A model generated the notes under the pieces. That model was not told where the DNA came from, did not search any database, and saw nothing but the letters and a program-made list of their open reading frames with translations. The position numbers and the translations under genes were made by a program. From Octopus sinensis (taxonomy: Eukaryota), in assembly GCF_006345805.1 (NCBI RefSeq), contig NC_043010.1:7750001-7814000 (forward strand): 64,000 bases of DNA, given 5' to 3'. This document shows, one piece after another, positions 12,901-24,210 of the stretch. The stretch's first letter is position 1; the number at the start of each line of letters is the position of its first letter.

Positions 12901-13707
12901 CACATTTTCTAAACATGTTCTGACTATGATAAATCCAACTTTTAAAAGCATTCCAACAATGATTATCCTGTCTTTTTTTTTTTGAAAGCCTTCCAAACAT
13001 GACCATCCTGTCTGTTTCTTTTATTTTTTTTTTAAGCATGCCAAACCATACCCATCCAGTCATTTTCAAATCATTCCAAGTGTGGCCATAACATGTTCCA
13101 AATGTAACCATCAGCCGGTGGTGCCCCAGCATGGCCGTGGCCTTCGGGCTAAAACATTTTTAAGGATTTAAGGATCTCATGTTTTTTAAAGCCCTCATCT
13201 CACACCCTACCTGTCTTTTTTGTTATTATTTTTTAAAGACACATTGGATAATGTAGTCCAGGATATGCTGCCTGAAAAATAAAAAAAATGGGATGGTCAA
13301 AGATGGAATGCCTTTAATCAGAGCTAACCTGGTGCTAAAACAACATTAACAACTAGTGACTGAAAGGTTATGTGTGTATGTTTTAAAATGTATAATTATG
13401 ATGATGAAATATATTGGATTATTCATGTGGATTTATAATTTAACAGCAGTTTTCATGATTGTTAACAGCAAAGTATAAAATGTTTTATCCTCAAGTCAGT
13501 GCTTTGACCATACTGGAGCACTTGTTTAATAAATTTTAGTCGATCAAATGGATCCCAGTGCTTAAGCAAGCATGTACATAAGCCAAAATCTAGTACTTAT
13601 TTTAGCAGTCTCCTTTTTCCAAACCACTAAGTTACAGGAAAGTAAAGAAACCAACATCAGTTGTCCTGTTTCTCCTAAATAATGTGGTAATGTGCTATTT
13701 AAATACC

Positions 13708-13938
13708 TATTTCTTTACTACTCACAAGGGGCTAAACACAGAGGGGACAAACAAGGACAGACACACGGATTAAATCGACTACACTGACTCCAGTGCGTAA
13801 CTGGTACTTAATTTATCAACCCCGATAGGATGAAAGGCAAAGTCGACCTCAGCAGAATTTGAACTCAGAACGTAATGGCAGACGAAATACCACTAAGCAT
13901 TTTGTCCGGCATGCTAACGATTCTGCCAGCTCGCCGCC
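13708..13938 (-). mobile_element. SINE family B with 12-bp TSD
   Basis: TATTTAAATACC at 13696-13707 and 13939-13950. Confidence 0.92.
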
Positions 13939-14158
13939 TATTTAAATACCATTACAGAAAACATTAGGCAACCTTTCCATTTGCAATATGTTAGTTGGAA
14001 GTTGGGAAATTAATTCTGTAAATTAACATTTATATGATTAGCTATGAATTCATATTGCATGCCTACATTCAGCCAATATGGGCGTTGGTGTCTTTCAGCT
14101 GCCATAGGTAACTGGATAAAGATGTATTTTTCTAGCAGGATCCCTCAAGATTTCAAGA

Positions 14159-14945
14159 ATTTATAATGTTCAGGAATCAATTAATTTCACAATGGAATTG
14201 TATGACAGGCACACACCATTTTTAGAGATTTTGAAAATTAAGGAAAATGATTATTATAACTGATCCCCTCTCTAAAGTAATACATATAGATAAACACTCA
14301 AAAATTTAGATTTTGCCATGAATCCTCTATTAAGAGAAAAAGCCATTTCTACAACAATCATTAAACTATAAAAGAACCATGAATAATTAACAATGAAAAA
14401 TACCATCAAATCCTAAAAGGCTCTTAACAAAGGTCAGACTTACATTGTGAAAAGAAATTATACCAGTAATGAAATGTGTAAACTTTCATTTGTGATTGTG
14501 AAAAAACTCTAGAACTGAAAAATATTTCAAGGTAAATGTAAATATGAATTTCAAAATTAAAAAAAACAACTAATTGACTGCATTATATGTCCACAATACC
14601 AGGAAAACTAAAATGGTCAAGCAGAAACAAAATTAATGGAATGAGTCAGGATGCATAAATAATAAAACAGTGTTCCTTCCATCTGTTAGGAATGTTCCAG
14701 ATGAACATATAAACATTTATGTAAACAGAAAATTTGAAATATTTCCCTTTTTCAAACAGAGGGAGAAAATGAAAACTTATAAAAACACAAAATAAGAATA
14801 CTTCATAAAAATCCTTAATCTGAAATTAAACGAGAAATTCTGACAACCACAACCAAAACACAATATAACAGTATGGCACAGAAAACTTTTGTTTATACCA
14901 GATATCTGAAGAACCGATGACAGCTGAAAGCACTTAGAAGAAATT
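14159..14945 (+). mobile_element. Decayed Penelope-like element (RT C-terminal part, GIY-YIG endonuclease, pLTR)
   Basis: Manual translation with stops/frameshifts: IYNVQESINFTMELYDRHTPFLEIL (RT ..IxFTME..PFLD), LIDCIICPQYQEN*NGQAETKLME*VRMHK (GIY-YIG), KFEIFPFFK...EYFIKILNLKLN; HHR remnant CTGAAGA...GAAAGCACTT at 14906-14935. Confidence 0.72.
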
Positions 14946-15469
14946 TTTTCATATCTCCCATCAGGTTTGTGTTAATCTGTTCCATTGAAAAACCGTTTTT
15001 TAAGATAATTTTTAATTCCTAGAGAACATTTTTTTTCAAATACTGTGACAGTAACAAGAACTTTCTCTTAAAGAATTAAATACACACAAAATACACACAT
15101 ACATAAATATATACATATGCGTGTGCATACACACACACACACACACACACACATGCACACACATATATATATATACACATATATGTGTTTGTGTGTTTCA
15201 AAGAATGAGTAGATATGTTTTATTTGTTTTTTTTGTTTTTTTTTTGAGGGGATAATTTTAATTTTAATCTTAATAATGTTTACAGTGAGTAACTCTGATA
15301 TGAGTTTTGAGCTTCAAGTAGGTGTTTTCAAACTGAAAAATGTATGTTTTACTGGTTGCTTAAATAGCAAAAGAGTTTTACTTACAATTATACATACAAA
15401 AGAATATACACAGAAAATGGAAAAGAATATATATACATACATACATATATATATATATATATTTACACA

Positions 15470-15702
15470 CAGTAATCCCTTGCCATATCACAGCTCACCT
15501 ATCGTGCTCTCATTACGTTGTGGTTCACCTATTGTGCACTCAGTACATCACAAATTCTTCCTGGCTAATATATGAAAATCTATATCGTGGACTCATCAGT
15601 ATATTGTGGGTTTCTGCATCCGATAGGAATTTATATCTTTTTAGATTTTAATTATGTCGGAGGTTTTGGAATGTAACACCCATGATATTTGAAGGATCAC
15701 TG
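15470..15702. mobile_element. Tigger/pogo-like MITE
   Basis: Imperfect TIRs CAGTAATCCCTTGCCATATCAC / ATGATATTTGAAGGATCACTG; TA at the right flank. Confidence 0.6.
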
Positions 15703-15783
15703 TATATATATATATATATATGAGTGTGTGTATATGTGTGTATATAAGTAAACATAAGTGTGTGTGTATATATATGTGTGTGT

Positions 15784-16032
15784 GTGGAGGCACAATGGCC
15801 CAGTGGTTAAGGCAGCAGATTTGTGGTCGGAGGATCACGGTTTTGATTCACAGTTGTGTGTGTTTAGTGAGCGAAAACACTTAAAGCTCCTCAAGGCTCC
15901 AGCAAGTGTTGGTGGTGACTCTGTTGTACTCTTCCACCCCAACTTTCTCTCACTCTTTCTTCCAGTTTCCTGAGTAACGCTGTGATGGACTGGGACTATG
16001 AGCCTGGTTAGGTTTGAAAAGGGCGCATAAAA
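15784..16032 (+). mobile_element. SINE family D
   Basis: GTGGAGGCACAATGGCCCAGTGGTTAAGGCAG head; body matches 60058. Confidence 0.78.
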
Positions 16033-16321
16033 AAATAAATATATATATATATTCTTTTCCCTTGTTTATGTATATTTTTTGTATGTATTCTTGTAAGAAA
16101 AAGATCTTTTGCTATTTAAGCAACCAGTAAAACACATTTTTCAGTTTGAAAACTGCTACTTTAAGTTTAAAACTCATATCAGAGAAACTCACTGTAAACA
16201 TTACTAAAATTAAATTAAAAATTATCCCCTCAAAAAAGCCATATCTACTCATTCTTTCAAAAACATATAATACTGTACCAAGAACTTTCTCTTTATTATT
16301 CTAATACACACACACGCACAC

Positions 16322-16358
<37 letters not shown>

Positions 16359-16370
16359 GAAAAGTATGTA

Positions 16371-16618
16371 TCTTTTACTCTTTTACTTGTTTTCGGTCAT
16401 TTGACTGTGGTCGTGCTGGAGCACCACCTTTAGTCGAAGAAATCGACCCCAGGACGTATTCTTTGTAAGCTTAGTACTTACTATATCGGTCTCTTTTGTC
16501 GAACCACTAAGTGACAGGGAGATAAACACACCAGCATCAGTTGTTAAGTGATGTTGGGGGACAAACACAGACACACAAACATATACACACACATACATAC
16601 ATACACACACATATATAT

Positions 16619-16658
<40 letters not shown>

Positions 16659-17041
16659 TGGATCGTTAGCCCCCACACGCAATTTTTTCTCTCCTTGTAT
16701 CTCTATTTGTTTCTTTTCTGTGTATCTTTCTGTTGAAGAGCGTAGGCTCGAAACGTAAAAGAGTTGTTTTATTTCTATTCCCGAGCGCCATACTAATACA
16801 TTGTTTGTTTGTACTCCACCTGCCTTCGTCTTTTGTTTATTTTCGTAAACCTCCCGTTATATATATGTACATATATACGACGGGCTTCTTTCAGTTTCCT
16901 TCTACCAAATCCTCACACAAGGCTTTGGTTGGCCTGAAGCTATAGTAGAAGACACTTGCCCAGGGTGCCACGCATTGGGACTGAACCCGGAACCATGTGG
17001 TTAGTGAGCAAGCTACTTACCACACATCCACTCCTGCGCCT
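16371..17041 (-). mobile_element. SINE family A split by a PLE-type insert in its central (TA)n
   Basis: 3' half at 16371-16590, 5' half at 16876-17041, unrelated insert at about 16655-16862. Confidence 0.82.
16725..16762 (+). ncRNA. Minimal type I hammerhead-like motif, A6 substituted (probably inactive)
   Basis: TCTTT-CTGTTGA-A-GAG cgtagg CTC-GAAA-CG-TA-AAAGA: 5-bp stem I, palindromic ACGT stem III, GUA site. Confidence 0.5.
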
Positions 17042-17902
17042 ATGTATGTGTGTGAATACATATATGTGTATACATATATATATATATTAATATTATATAT
17101 GCGTGTTTGTGTATGTGTGTGTGTGTACATATACACATATAGATACAAAAATATATACACAAGCACACTGAGCAAACACATGCATAGTGTCATCGAGACA
17201 CAGCTTGAACCAAATTTTTATTAATTTGCTCATGTTTTCTAATGAATCATCAGTTTAATATTGCAAGGGATTGCTTTAATGTCCTTAACTAAATATTAAG
17301 CTGGGTGCAATGGGGGTATTGACTTCTTCAGAATCTCTCATCAAAATGAAGGATTTTAATTGGTTGTGTCAGAATATTAGACACGCCTGAATGAACACCT
17401 TGGTAATGAACTTGATTTCTTCGTCATGATTACATTGTCAGCATGCGTGTGTGTGTGTGTGCGTGTATGTGTGTGTGTGTGCACGTGTTGACTGAAAGAA
17501 ATGTAAACATAATTTTGGTAAGAAAGGTTGATGTCGATTCTGTTATTAAATGTTTCGTGATAGTTCATGGCAAATGTGAGAAGTGATTCGATAGGATATC
17601 TGAAATATATAGTTTGAATATATGACTATATCAATATGAAATGTAATATATATATATGTGTATCTTTCTGTCTGTCTCTGTTTCTGTCTCTCTGTCTCTC
17701 TCCCTCTCATTCTTTCTCTCCTCAACTCTCTCTCTCTCACACACATACACACACACATACATACACATTCTTTCATACATTCCAGCTCAAAGGCTGCAGC
17801 CATGCTGGAGCACCAATAGCTATAAATATTATATATGTGAAAAGCTGCTGGAAAGTTCTTAGCGTTAGGTAAAAGAAAGTACAAGAAGACTGGTTGATTA
17901 TA

Positions 17903-18030
17903 ATTTTATTCACCATATTCCCCTCTCAGATTCACACATTTAATGCAACAGAACTTGAGCTTTTCTGAGCCCTGTAGAAGAACTCAGAAGGTTGGGATCT
18001 CCAAACAGACTTTTGTGAAACCCTTAAAGC
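17903..18030 (-). mobile_element. Mariner transposase C-terminal fragment
   Basis: Minus strand W..QPSEFFYR / CIKCVNLRGEYGE* resembles the mariner C-terminus (KC...G.Y.E*). Confidence 0.55.
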
Positions 18031-18044
18031 CAAGAACTTTCCTG

Positions 18045-18245
18045 CACCTATCGTGTAAAAAGTATCCAGTCCACACTGTGAAGTGGTTGGCATTTGGAAG
18101 GGCATCCAGCTGTAATGACCATGCCAAGACAGACACAGAAGCCAGGGGTAGTTTCCCACCTGACTGGCTCTTGTCAAATCGTCCAACCCATGTCAGCATG
18201 GAATGCAGATGTTAAACGTTGATGGTGTTGTTGTTGATGATGATC
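18045..18245 (+). mobile_element. RTE 3'UTR (family C), diverged
   Basis: GGTTGGCATTTGGAAGGGCATCCAGCTG motif; tail runs into trinucleotide repeats. Confidence 0.72.
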
Positions 18246-18520
18246 GTGATGATGATGATGTTGATGGTGGTGGTGGTGGTGGTGGTGGTGATGAGGAGGA
18301 GGCAGAGGGGTGAGGAGGAGGCGGAGGGGTGAGGAGGAGGCGGAGGGTGAGGAGGAGGAGGGGTGAGGAGTGGGTGTGGGAGGAGGAGGAGGAGAAGAAG
18401 AAGAAGAAGAAGAAGGAAAATAATAATAATAATAATAATAAGAAGAAGAAGAAGAAGAAGATGAAGAAGAAGAAGAAGAAGAAGAAGAAGAAGAAGAAGA
18501 AGAAGAAGAAGAAGAAGAAA
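18225..18520. repeat. Compound trinucleotide array GAT/GGT/GAG/GAA/AAT
   Basis: Visible in sequence. Confidence 0.95.
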
Positions 18521-19124
18521 AAGAATCTATACAGCTGTATAGTTGAGAAGTTTACTTCTGAACATCATGGTCTGGGTTATCTCTTATCTTTTATTTTTTG
18601 TATTTTACATGTTTCAGTCACTGGTCTATGGGCATAATGGGTCACTACCTTAAAGGGTTAGTTAAACAAATTGACCCCAGTGCTTTTTTTTGTTTTTTTT
18701 TAAGGCTTAGTAAGTTTGGTATTTATTCTGTTAGTCTTTTTTGCCGAACACTAAGTTATAGGGAAGTAAACAAACCAACACTGACTGGGAAGCAGGGGGG
18801 AATGGCAGACAAACACAAACACACACACACACATCAGTATTTGTTTTTATGTTCAGTTTTAATAAAGCCAATCTTGCCCCGCTATGGTCTTACCACTAAG
18901 AAAGGAATGTTCTCAAGAAAATTTAGCAAATGCCAGAATGTAAGTGAGCAAGACAAATGAAAAGATACAAAATATACAGATTAATTGCAAATTTTCTTGA
19001 TAACATTTCTTTCTTAGTGGTAAGACCATAGGGGATCGACTTCTAGCATAATGGATGTCCACTTAGTGGTCATCCCTCTTATATGTATGTAATATATATA
19101 TATACATGTATATATACATATAAA

Positions 19125-19330
19125 GTTAATCCAAACAAGAAAGTACAAAAAAAACACAACAACGTGAGGACATGGAACAAATATAGTATTATTGGACGCT
19201 CAGGAAAGAAGGGAAGAAGGAGGGTTTAACGTTTTGAGTGGAGCTCTTCGTCGGAAACATAGGAGAAGGAAAGATCCAGAGAAGGGAAGACAGAGGGAAA
19301 AAAATTGCCAACGGTACACATGAGGTCGCT
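19125..19330 (-). mobile_element. PLE pLTR-like repeat family F, second copy
   Basis: High similarity to 5324-5495; HHR-like motif at 19224-19258 with G12 changed to A. Confidence 0.62.
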
Positions 19331-19424
19331 TGAGAAGATACAACAAGCTAAGTAAAAACATGGTTGTCCTTGCATTCAGAGGGATGACCCTGCAACCTTC
19401 TTCAGCTGAGCATTCCTAATCTTG

Positions 19425-19672
19425 CAGGCTTGTGGGTGCTGGTGCCACATGAAAAGCACCTGTGTTGGTGTCATGTAAATGCACTCATGCCAGTGCTGCA
19501 TAAGAGCACCCAGTACACTCTGTAAAGTGGTTGGCATTAGGAAGGGCATCCAGCTGGGGAAACCATGCCAACACAGACGTGAAGCTTGGGCAGCTCTTCA
19601 GCTGGTCAGCTCTTATCAAACCATCCAGACTATGCTAGTATGGAAAACGGACATTAAATGATGATGATGATG
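19425..19672 (+). mobile_element. RTE 3'UTR (family C), diverged
   Basis: AGGAAGGGCATCCAGCTG motif, GAT tail. Confidence 0.72.
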
Positions 19673-20031
19673 TGTACACATATGCACACACACACACACA
19701 CACACACATACACAGACACACACACACACACACACACAAACACACAAACACACACAAATATATAAATGCGTGAGTCTTTGTGTATGTGTTTGATAACATG
19801 TGTTGGTTTGTTTACATCCCAGTAACTTAGTGAATCAGCAAAAGAGACTGATAGAATAAGTACCATTTTTTAAAAAACAGAAGCAATGGGGTCGATTTGT
19901 TGATCAAGATAGTGTCCCAGTAAGGCTGCAATCCAATCACCAAAACATATAAAAGACAATAAAAAGAGTAAAATATTTAATAGACAATATAAATAAATTT
20001 CATGGAAAGATTTAAAATCCAATATATTAAA

Positions 20032-20407
20032 CTAGCACTATGACCCGGCAACACCGGGTCATAGTGCTAGTGCATGCATATACAGCTGCGTGCGTGCGCA
20101 CATACATGCAAGTACTGTCCAAATCTCCGACCAATCACATACAGCTAGCAGGCATTCAATTAGCGTATCAAGTTTCGGGCATTTTGATTGGGATTTGGAA
20201 AGAAAATTCACAAAAAAGTCACTTCTATTGATTGTTTAATGGCTTTGCAGGGTGACTGAGGAAATGTAAAGATGTGCACGACCACCCTTAGAGAGTTTCG
20301 AATGACCATAGAAAGTGCGAGCCCTCTAAATGAAAAATTGTGGATTTGTATATAAAGGATAGACACACAGACAGACAGACATTTTGCCGTTTATATATAT
20401 AGAGAGA
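20032..20407 (-). mobile_element. Non-autonomous Helitron, complete
   Basis: Minus strand 5' A|TCTCTCTATATATATAAAC at 20407, 3' CTAG|T at 20035-20032; inserted between A and T; terminal hairpin 20031-20071. Confidence 0.8.
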
Positions 20408-20713
20408 TGATGGCTCCATTTAATAATGGAATTAAAGTACAGCTTATAATATAATCTAAAAATCTGCTCAGCAAAGAAATCATTTATATATGAAATAATT
20501 GGCTTTGAAAATCATTAATACCTGCCAGAATAATGGAATGCAGATTAAACTTTTGTAAAAAGATAATACTGAAATGACAAACAAATTAGTAAGTCATAAA
20601 AAGATATAGTATTAATACCTGTGATAATAATTAAAAATAAGTTGAAAACATAAGGCAGTCGTCACTGTTTTAGTTGCCATCGTTTTTGTTTTAGCATTTT
20701 TATTTTCTTACAG

Positions 20714-20752
20714 GTGGGAGTTATATGAATATGTAATTCAGCAACTCACATG
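20714..20752 (+). CDS. Candidate 39-nt coding exon (unidentified)
   Basis: Strong acceptor TTTTATTTTCTTACAG|G, donor ATG|GTAACT; open phase-2/phase-2 frame WELYEYVIQQLT. Confidence 0.3.
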
Positions 20753-20784
20753 GTAACTGAATCTTGTGATATTTCAACAAAATA

Positions 20785-21142
20785 TGGATTCACTGAAGCT
20801 CCGGCATCTGGCGATGGACTTGGTAAACACCCACAAAGTTATCAACCACCTCACCAACAACAACACTGAACACCTTTTTGATCTCCATGTGTCCAACACA
20901 CGTGGACATGCCTACAAAGTCAGAAAACAACACAGCTCCCATGACTTTCGGAAACATTTTTTCACGCTCAGAGTTGCTGAAGCATGGAATAAACTGCCTG
21001 CGTCAGTTGTTGACTGCCATGACACTGCATCCTTTAAGGCCCTCATGCTTTCCAAAATACGCCGAAACTACACCTGATTATATATACACTTTAGATGAGT
21101 TGTAGTGCACCTGAGCACTGTACACAATTATTATTATTATTA
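20785..21142 (+). mobile_element. CR1-type LINE 3' end (ORF2 C-terminus, UTR, (TTA)n tail)
   Basis: ORF track 20766-21077: LKLRHLAMDL...TRGHAYKVRKQ...RKHFFTLRVAEAWNKLP...SFK, the typical CR1 ORF2 end. Confidence 0.88.
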
Positions 21143-21156
21143 AAAGACTGTACAAG

Positions 21157-21591
21157 AATGATGATAATGATGAGTTCCAATATTTAAAATCTGGGTTTGT
21201 CCTTGTTAACGGGTGTGGCTGGATCTACCTCGCTCTTACAGCAACTGCTCTCACACCATCCCGCGATCTCGCCTGGTTTTGGGCATCCTCCATCCTCAAG
21301 CCAACCCTCCCAATCTCCTCCTCTACTGTCCCCTCCACGTTTTCTGAGGTCGGGCCCCGCTTTCATGGAGCATTCACTTTAAACTCGAGCACTCTCCTCA
21401 GAACCTGATCTTCATCCCTCCTCAACACATGTCCATACCACTACACCCCATTCACCTTTCCCAGCTGTTCCACTGATTCCTTCATCCCCAGCATCCCCAT
21501 CAAGTCCTCAGCCTTCCTTTTATCCAATAGTTTCACACCACACATTGCTCTCATCATTGCTCTCTCAGCTCTTTTCTGAATCATTTCACAC
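21157..21591 (-). mobile_element. RTE LINE 3' end (second family)
   Basis: Minus strand RAERAMMRAMCGVKLLDKR...NGV*WYGHVLRRDEDQVLRRVLEFKV...KRG.P.KTW; (TCA)n-like tail. Confidence 0.85.
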
Positions 21592-21630
21592 TAAACTTTA
21601 CCCAGGAACTTACTAATGCATTAGAACCTT

Positions 21631-21841
21631 TACTCTTTACTCTTTTACTTGTTTCAGTCATTTGACTGCGGCCATGCTGGAGCACCGCCTTTAGCCGATC
21701 AAATCGACTCCGGGACTTATTCTTTGTAAGCCCAGTACTTATTCTATCGGTCTCTTTTTGCCGAACCGCTAAGTAACGGGGACGTAAACACACCAGCATC
21801 GGTTGTCAACCAATGCTAGGGGGACAAACACAGACACACAA

Positions 21842-21878
<37 letters not shown>

Positions 21879-22041
21879 CGACAGGCTTCTTTCAGTTTCC
21901 GTCTACCAAATCCACTCACAAGGCTTTGGTCGGCCCGGGGCTATAGCAGAAGACACTTGCCCAAGATGCCACGCAGTGGGACTGAACCCGGAACCATGTG
22001 GTTGGTTAGCAAGCTACTTACCACACAGCCACTCCTGCGCC
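21631..22041 (-). mobile_element. SINE family A, full length, young
   Basis: Near-identical to other young copies. Confidence 0.93.
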
Positions 22042-22044
22042 TAT

Positions 22045-22290
22045 ACATCATCATCATCGTCAACACCATTTTATTTTCAGTTTTCCATGCTTGCATGGGT
22101 TGGATGGTATTTGCTGTGGCCGATTTTCTATGGCCAGATGCCTTTCCTGTTGCAAACCCTCACCTATTTTCAAGTAAGATAATATTTCACCCTGACCAAC
22201 CATGTTTATTGAGAAGACTGAATATGAAGGACGTTGCTTGTATAACAGTGACACTTGCTTACAGCTATCACAAGGAAGTAGGAAATAACA
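22045..22290 (-). mobile_element. RTE-type 3' tail variant
   Basis: (CAT)n tail and CCATGCTTGCATGGGTTGGA / GATGCCTTTCCTG motifs shared with family C. Confidence 0.6.
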
Positions 22291-22292
22291 CA

Positions 22293-23903
22293 CATGTACA
22301 TATATGTATATTTGTATGTATGCATGCATGTATATATATGTGTGTGTGTGTGTGTGTGTGAGTGTGTATGTATGTATGTATGTATGCATGTATGTATGTA
22401 TGTATGTGTGTATGTATGTTTGTATGTATGCATGCATGTATATATATATGTGTGTGTGTGGGTGTGTGTATGTATGTATGTATGTATGTATGTATGCATG
22501 TATGCGTGTATGTATGTATGTATGTAGTATGTATGTATGCATGTATGCATGTATGTATGTATGCATGCATGTATGTATGTGTGTGTGTGGGTATGCATGT
22601 ATGTATGTATGTATGCATGCATGTATGCGTGTATGTATGTATGTATGTATGTATGTATGTATGTATGTATGTATGCATGCATGTATGCGTGTATGTATGT
22701 ATGTATGTATGCATGCATGTATGCGTGTATGTATGTATGTATGTATGTATGTATGCATGTATGCGTGTATGTTGTATGTTTGTATGTATGTAGTATATGT
22801 ATGCATGCATGTATGCGTGTATGTATGTATGTATGTATGTATGTATGTATGTATGTATGTATGCATGCATGTATGCGTGTATGTATGTATGTATGTATGT
22901 ATGTATGTATGTATGCATGCATGTATGCGTGTATGTATGTATGTATGTATGCATGCATGTATGCGTGTATGTATGTATGTATGTATGTATGTATGCATGT
23001 ATGCGTGTATGTTTGTATGTTTGTATGTATGTATGTATGTATGTATGTATGCATGTATGCGTGTATGTATGTATGTATGTATGTATGCATGTATGCATGT
23101 ATGTGTGTATGTATGTATGTATGTATGTATGTATGTATGTATGCATGCATGTATGCGTGTATGTATGTATGTATGTATGTATGTATGTATGTATGTATGC
23201 ATGCATGTATGCGTGTATGTATGTATGTATGTATGCATGCATGTATGCGTGTATGTATGTATGTATGTATGTATGTATGCATGTATGCGTGTATGTTTGT
23301 ATGTTTGTATGTATGTATGTATGTATGTATGCATGCATGTATGCGTGTATGTATGTATGTATGTATGTAGTATGTATGTATGTATGTATGCATGCATGTA
23401 TGCGTGATGTATGTATGTATGTATGTATGTATGTATGATGTATGCATGCATGTATGCGTGTATGATGTATGTATGTATGCATGCATGTATGCGTGTTTGT
23501 TGTATGTATGTATGTATGTAGTATGCATGTATGCGTGTATGTTGTATGTTTGTATGTATGTATGTATGTATGTATTAGCATGTATGCGTGTAGTATGTAT
23601 GTATGTATGTATGCATGTATGCATGTATGTGTTGTATGTATGTATGTATGTTGTATGTATGTATAGTATGTTGTATGATGTATGCATGTGTGCGTTATGT
23701 ATGTATGTATGTATGTATGTATGTATGTAGTAGCATGTATGCGTGTATGTATGTATGTGTATCTTGTATGCATGTATGCATGTATGTGTATGCATGTATG
23801 CATGTATGCATGTATGCGTGTGTGTATGTATGTATGTATGTATGTATGTATGTATGTATGTATGTATGCATGTATGTGTGTATGTATGTATGTATGTGTG
23901 TAT
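22293..23903. repeat. 1.6-kb (ATGT)n tetranucleotide array with variant GCAT/GCGT units
   Basis: Visible; source of the spurious 463-590 aa ORFs. Confidence 0.97.
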
Positions 23904-23914
23904 GGGTGCAAATA

Positions 23915-24060
23915 TGATTATGTAGTTAAGAAACTTGCTCTGCAACATGTTTTTGGTTTCAGTCCCACTGTATGGCACCTTAGGTGAGTGTCTTCTACTA
24001 TAGCCCTGGGCTGACCCAAACCTTGTAAGGGGATCTGACAGATGGAAACTGAAAGAAGTC
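23915..24060 (+). mobile_element. SINE family A head half, diverged
   Basis: TTCAGTCCCACTGTATGGCACC...GGAAACTGAAAGAAG. Confidence 0.7.
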
Positions 24061-24072
24061 CATCAGTTCTTA

Positions 24073-24103
<31 letters not shown>

Positions 24104-24150
24104 CGTGCGTGTGTGTGTGTGTCTTTGTTTGCTTGTTTGAGCTTGTTCTC

Positions 24151-24151
<1 letters not shown>

Positions 24152-24210
<59 letters not shown>

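Noticed and set aside
15560-15600. Minus-strand CTGATGAGTCC within the Tigger MITE
   Set aside because: No closing GGAC-GAAA.
22060-23978. Long ORFs of 367-590 aa (H/T/Y/I or M/Y/V/C rich)
   Set aside because: Stop-free translations of the (ATGT)n array; no protein complexity.
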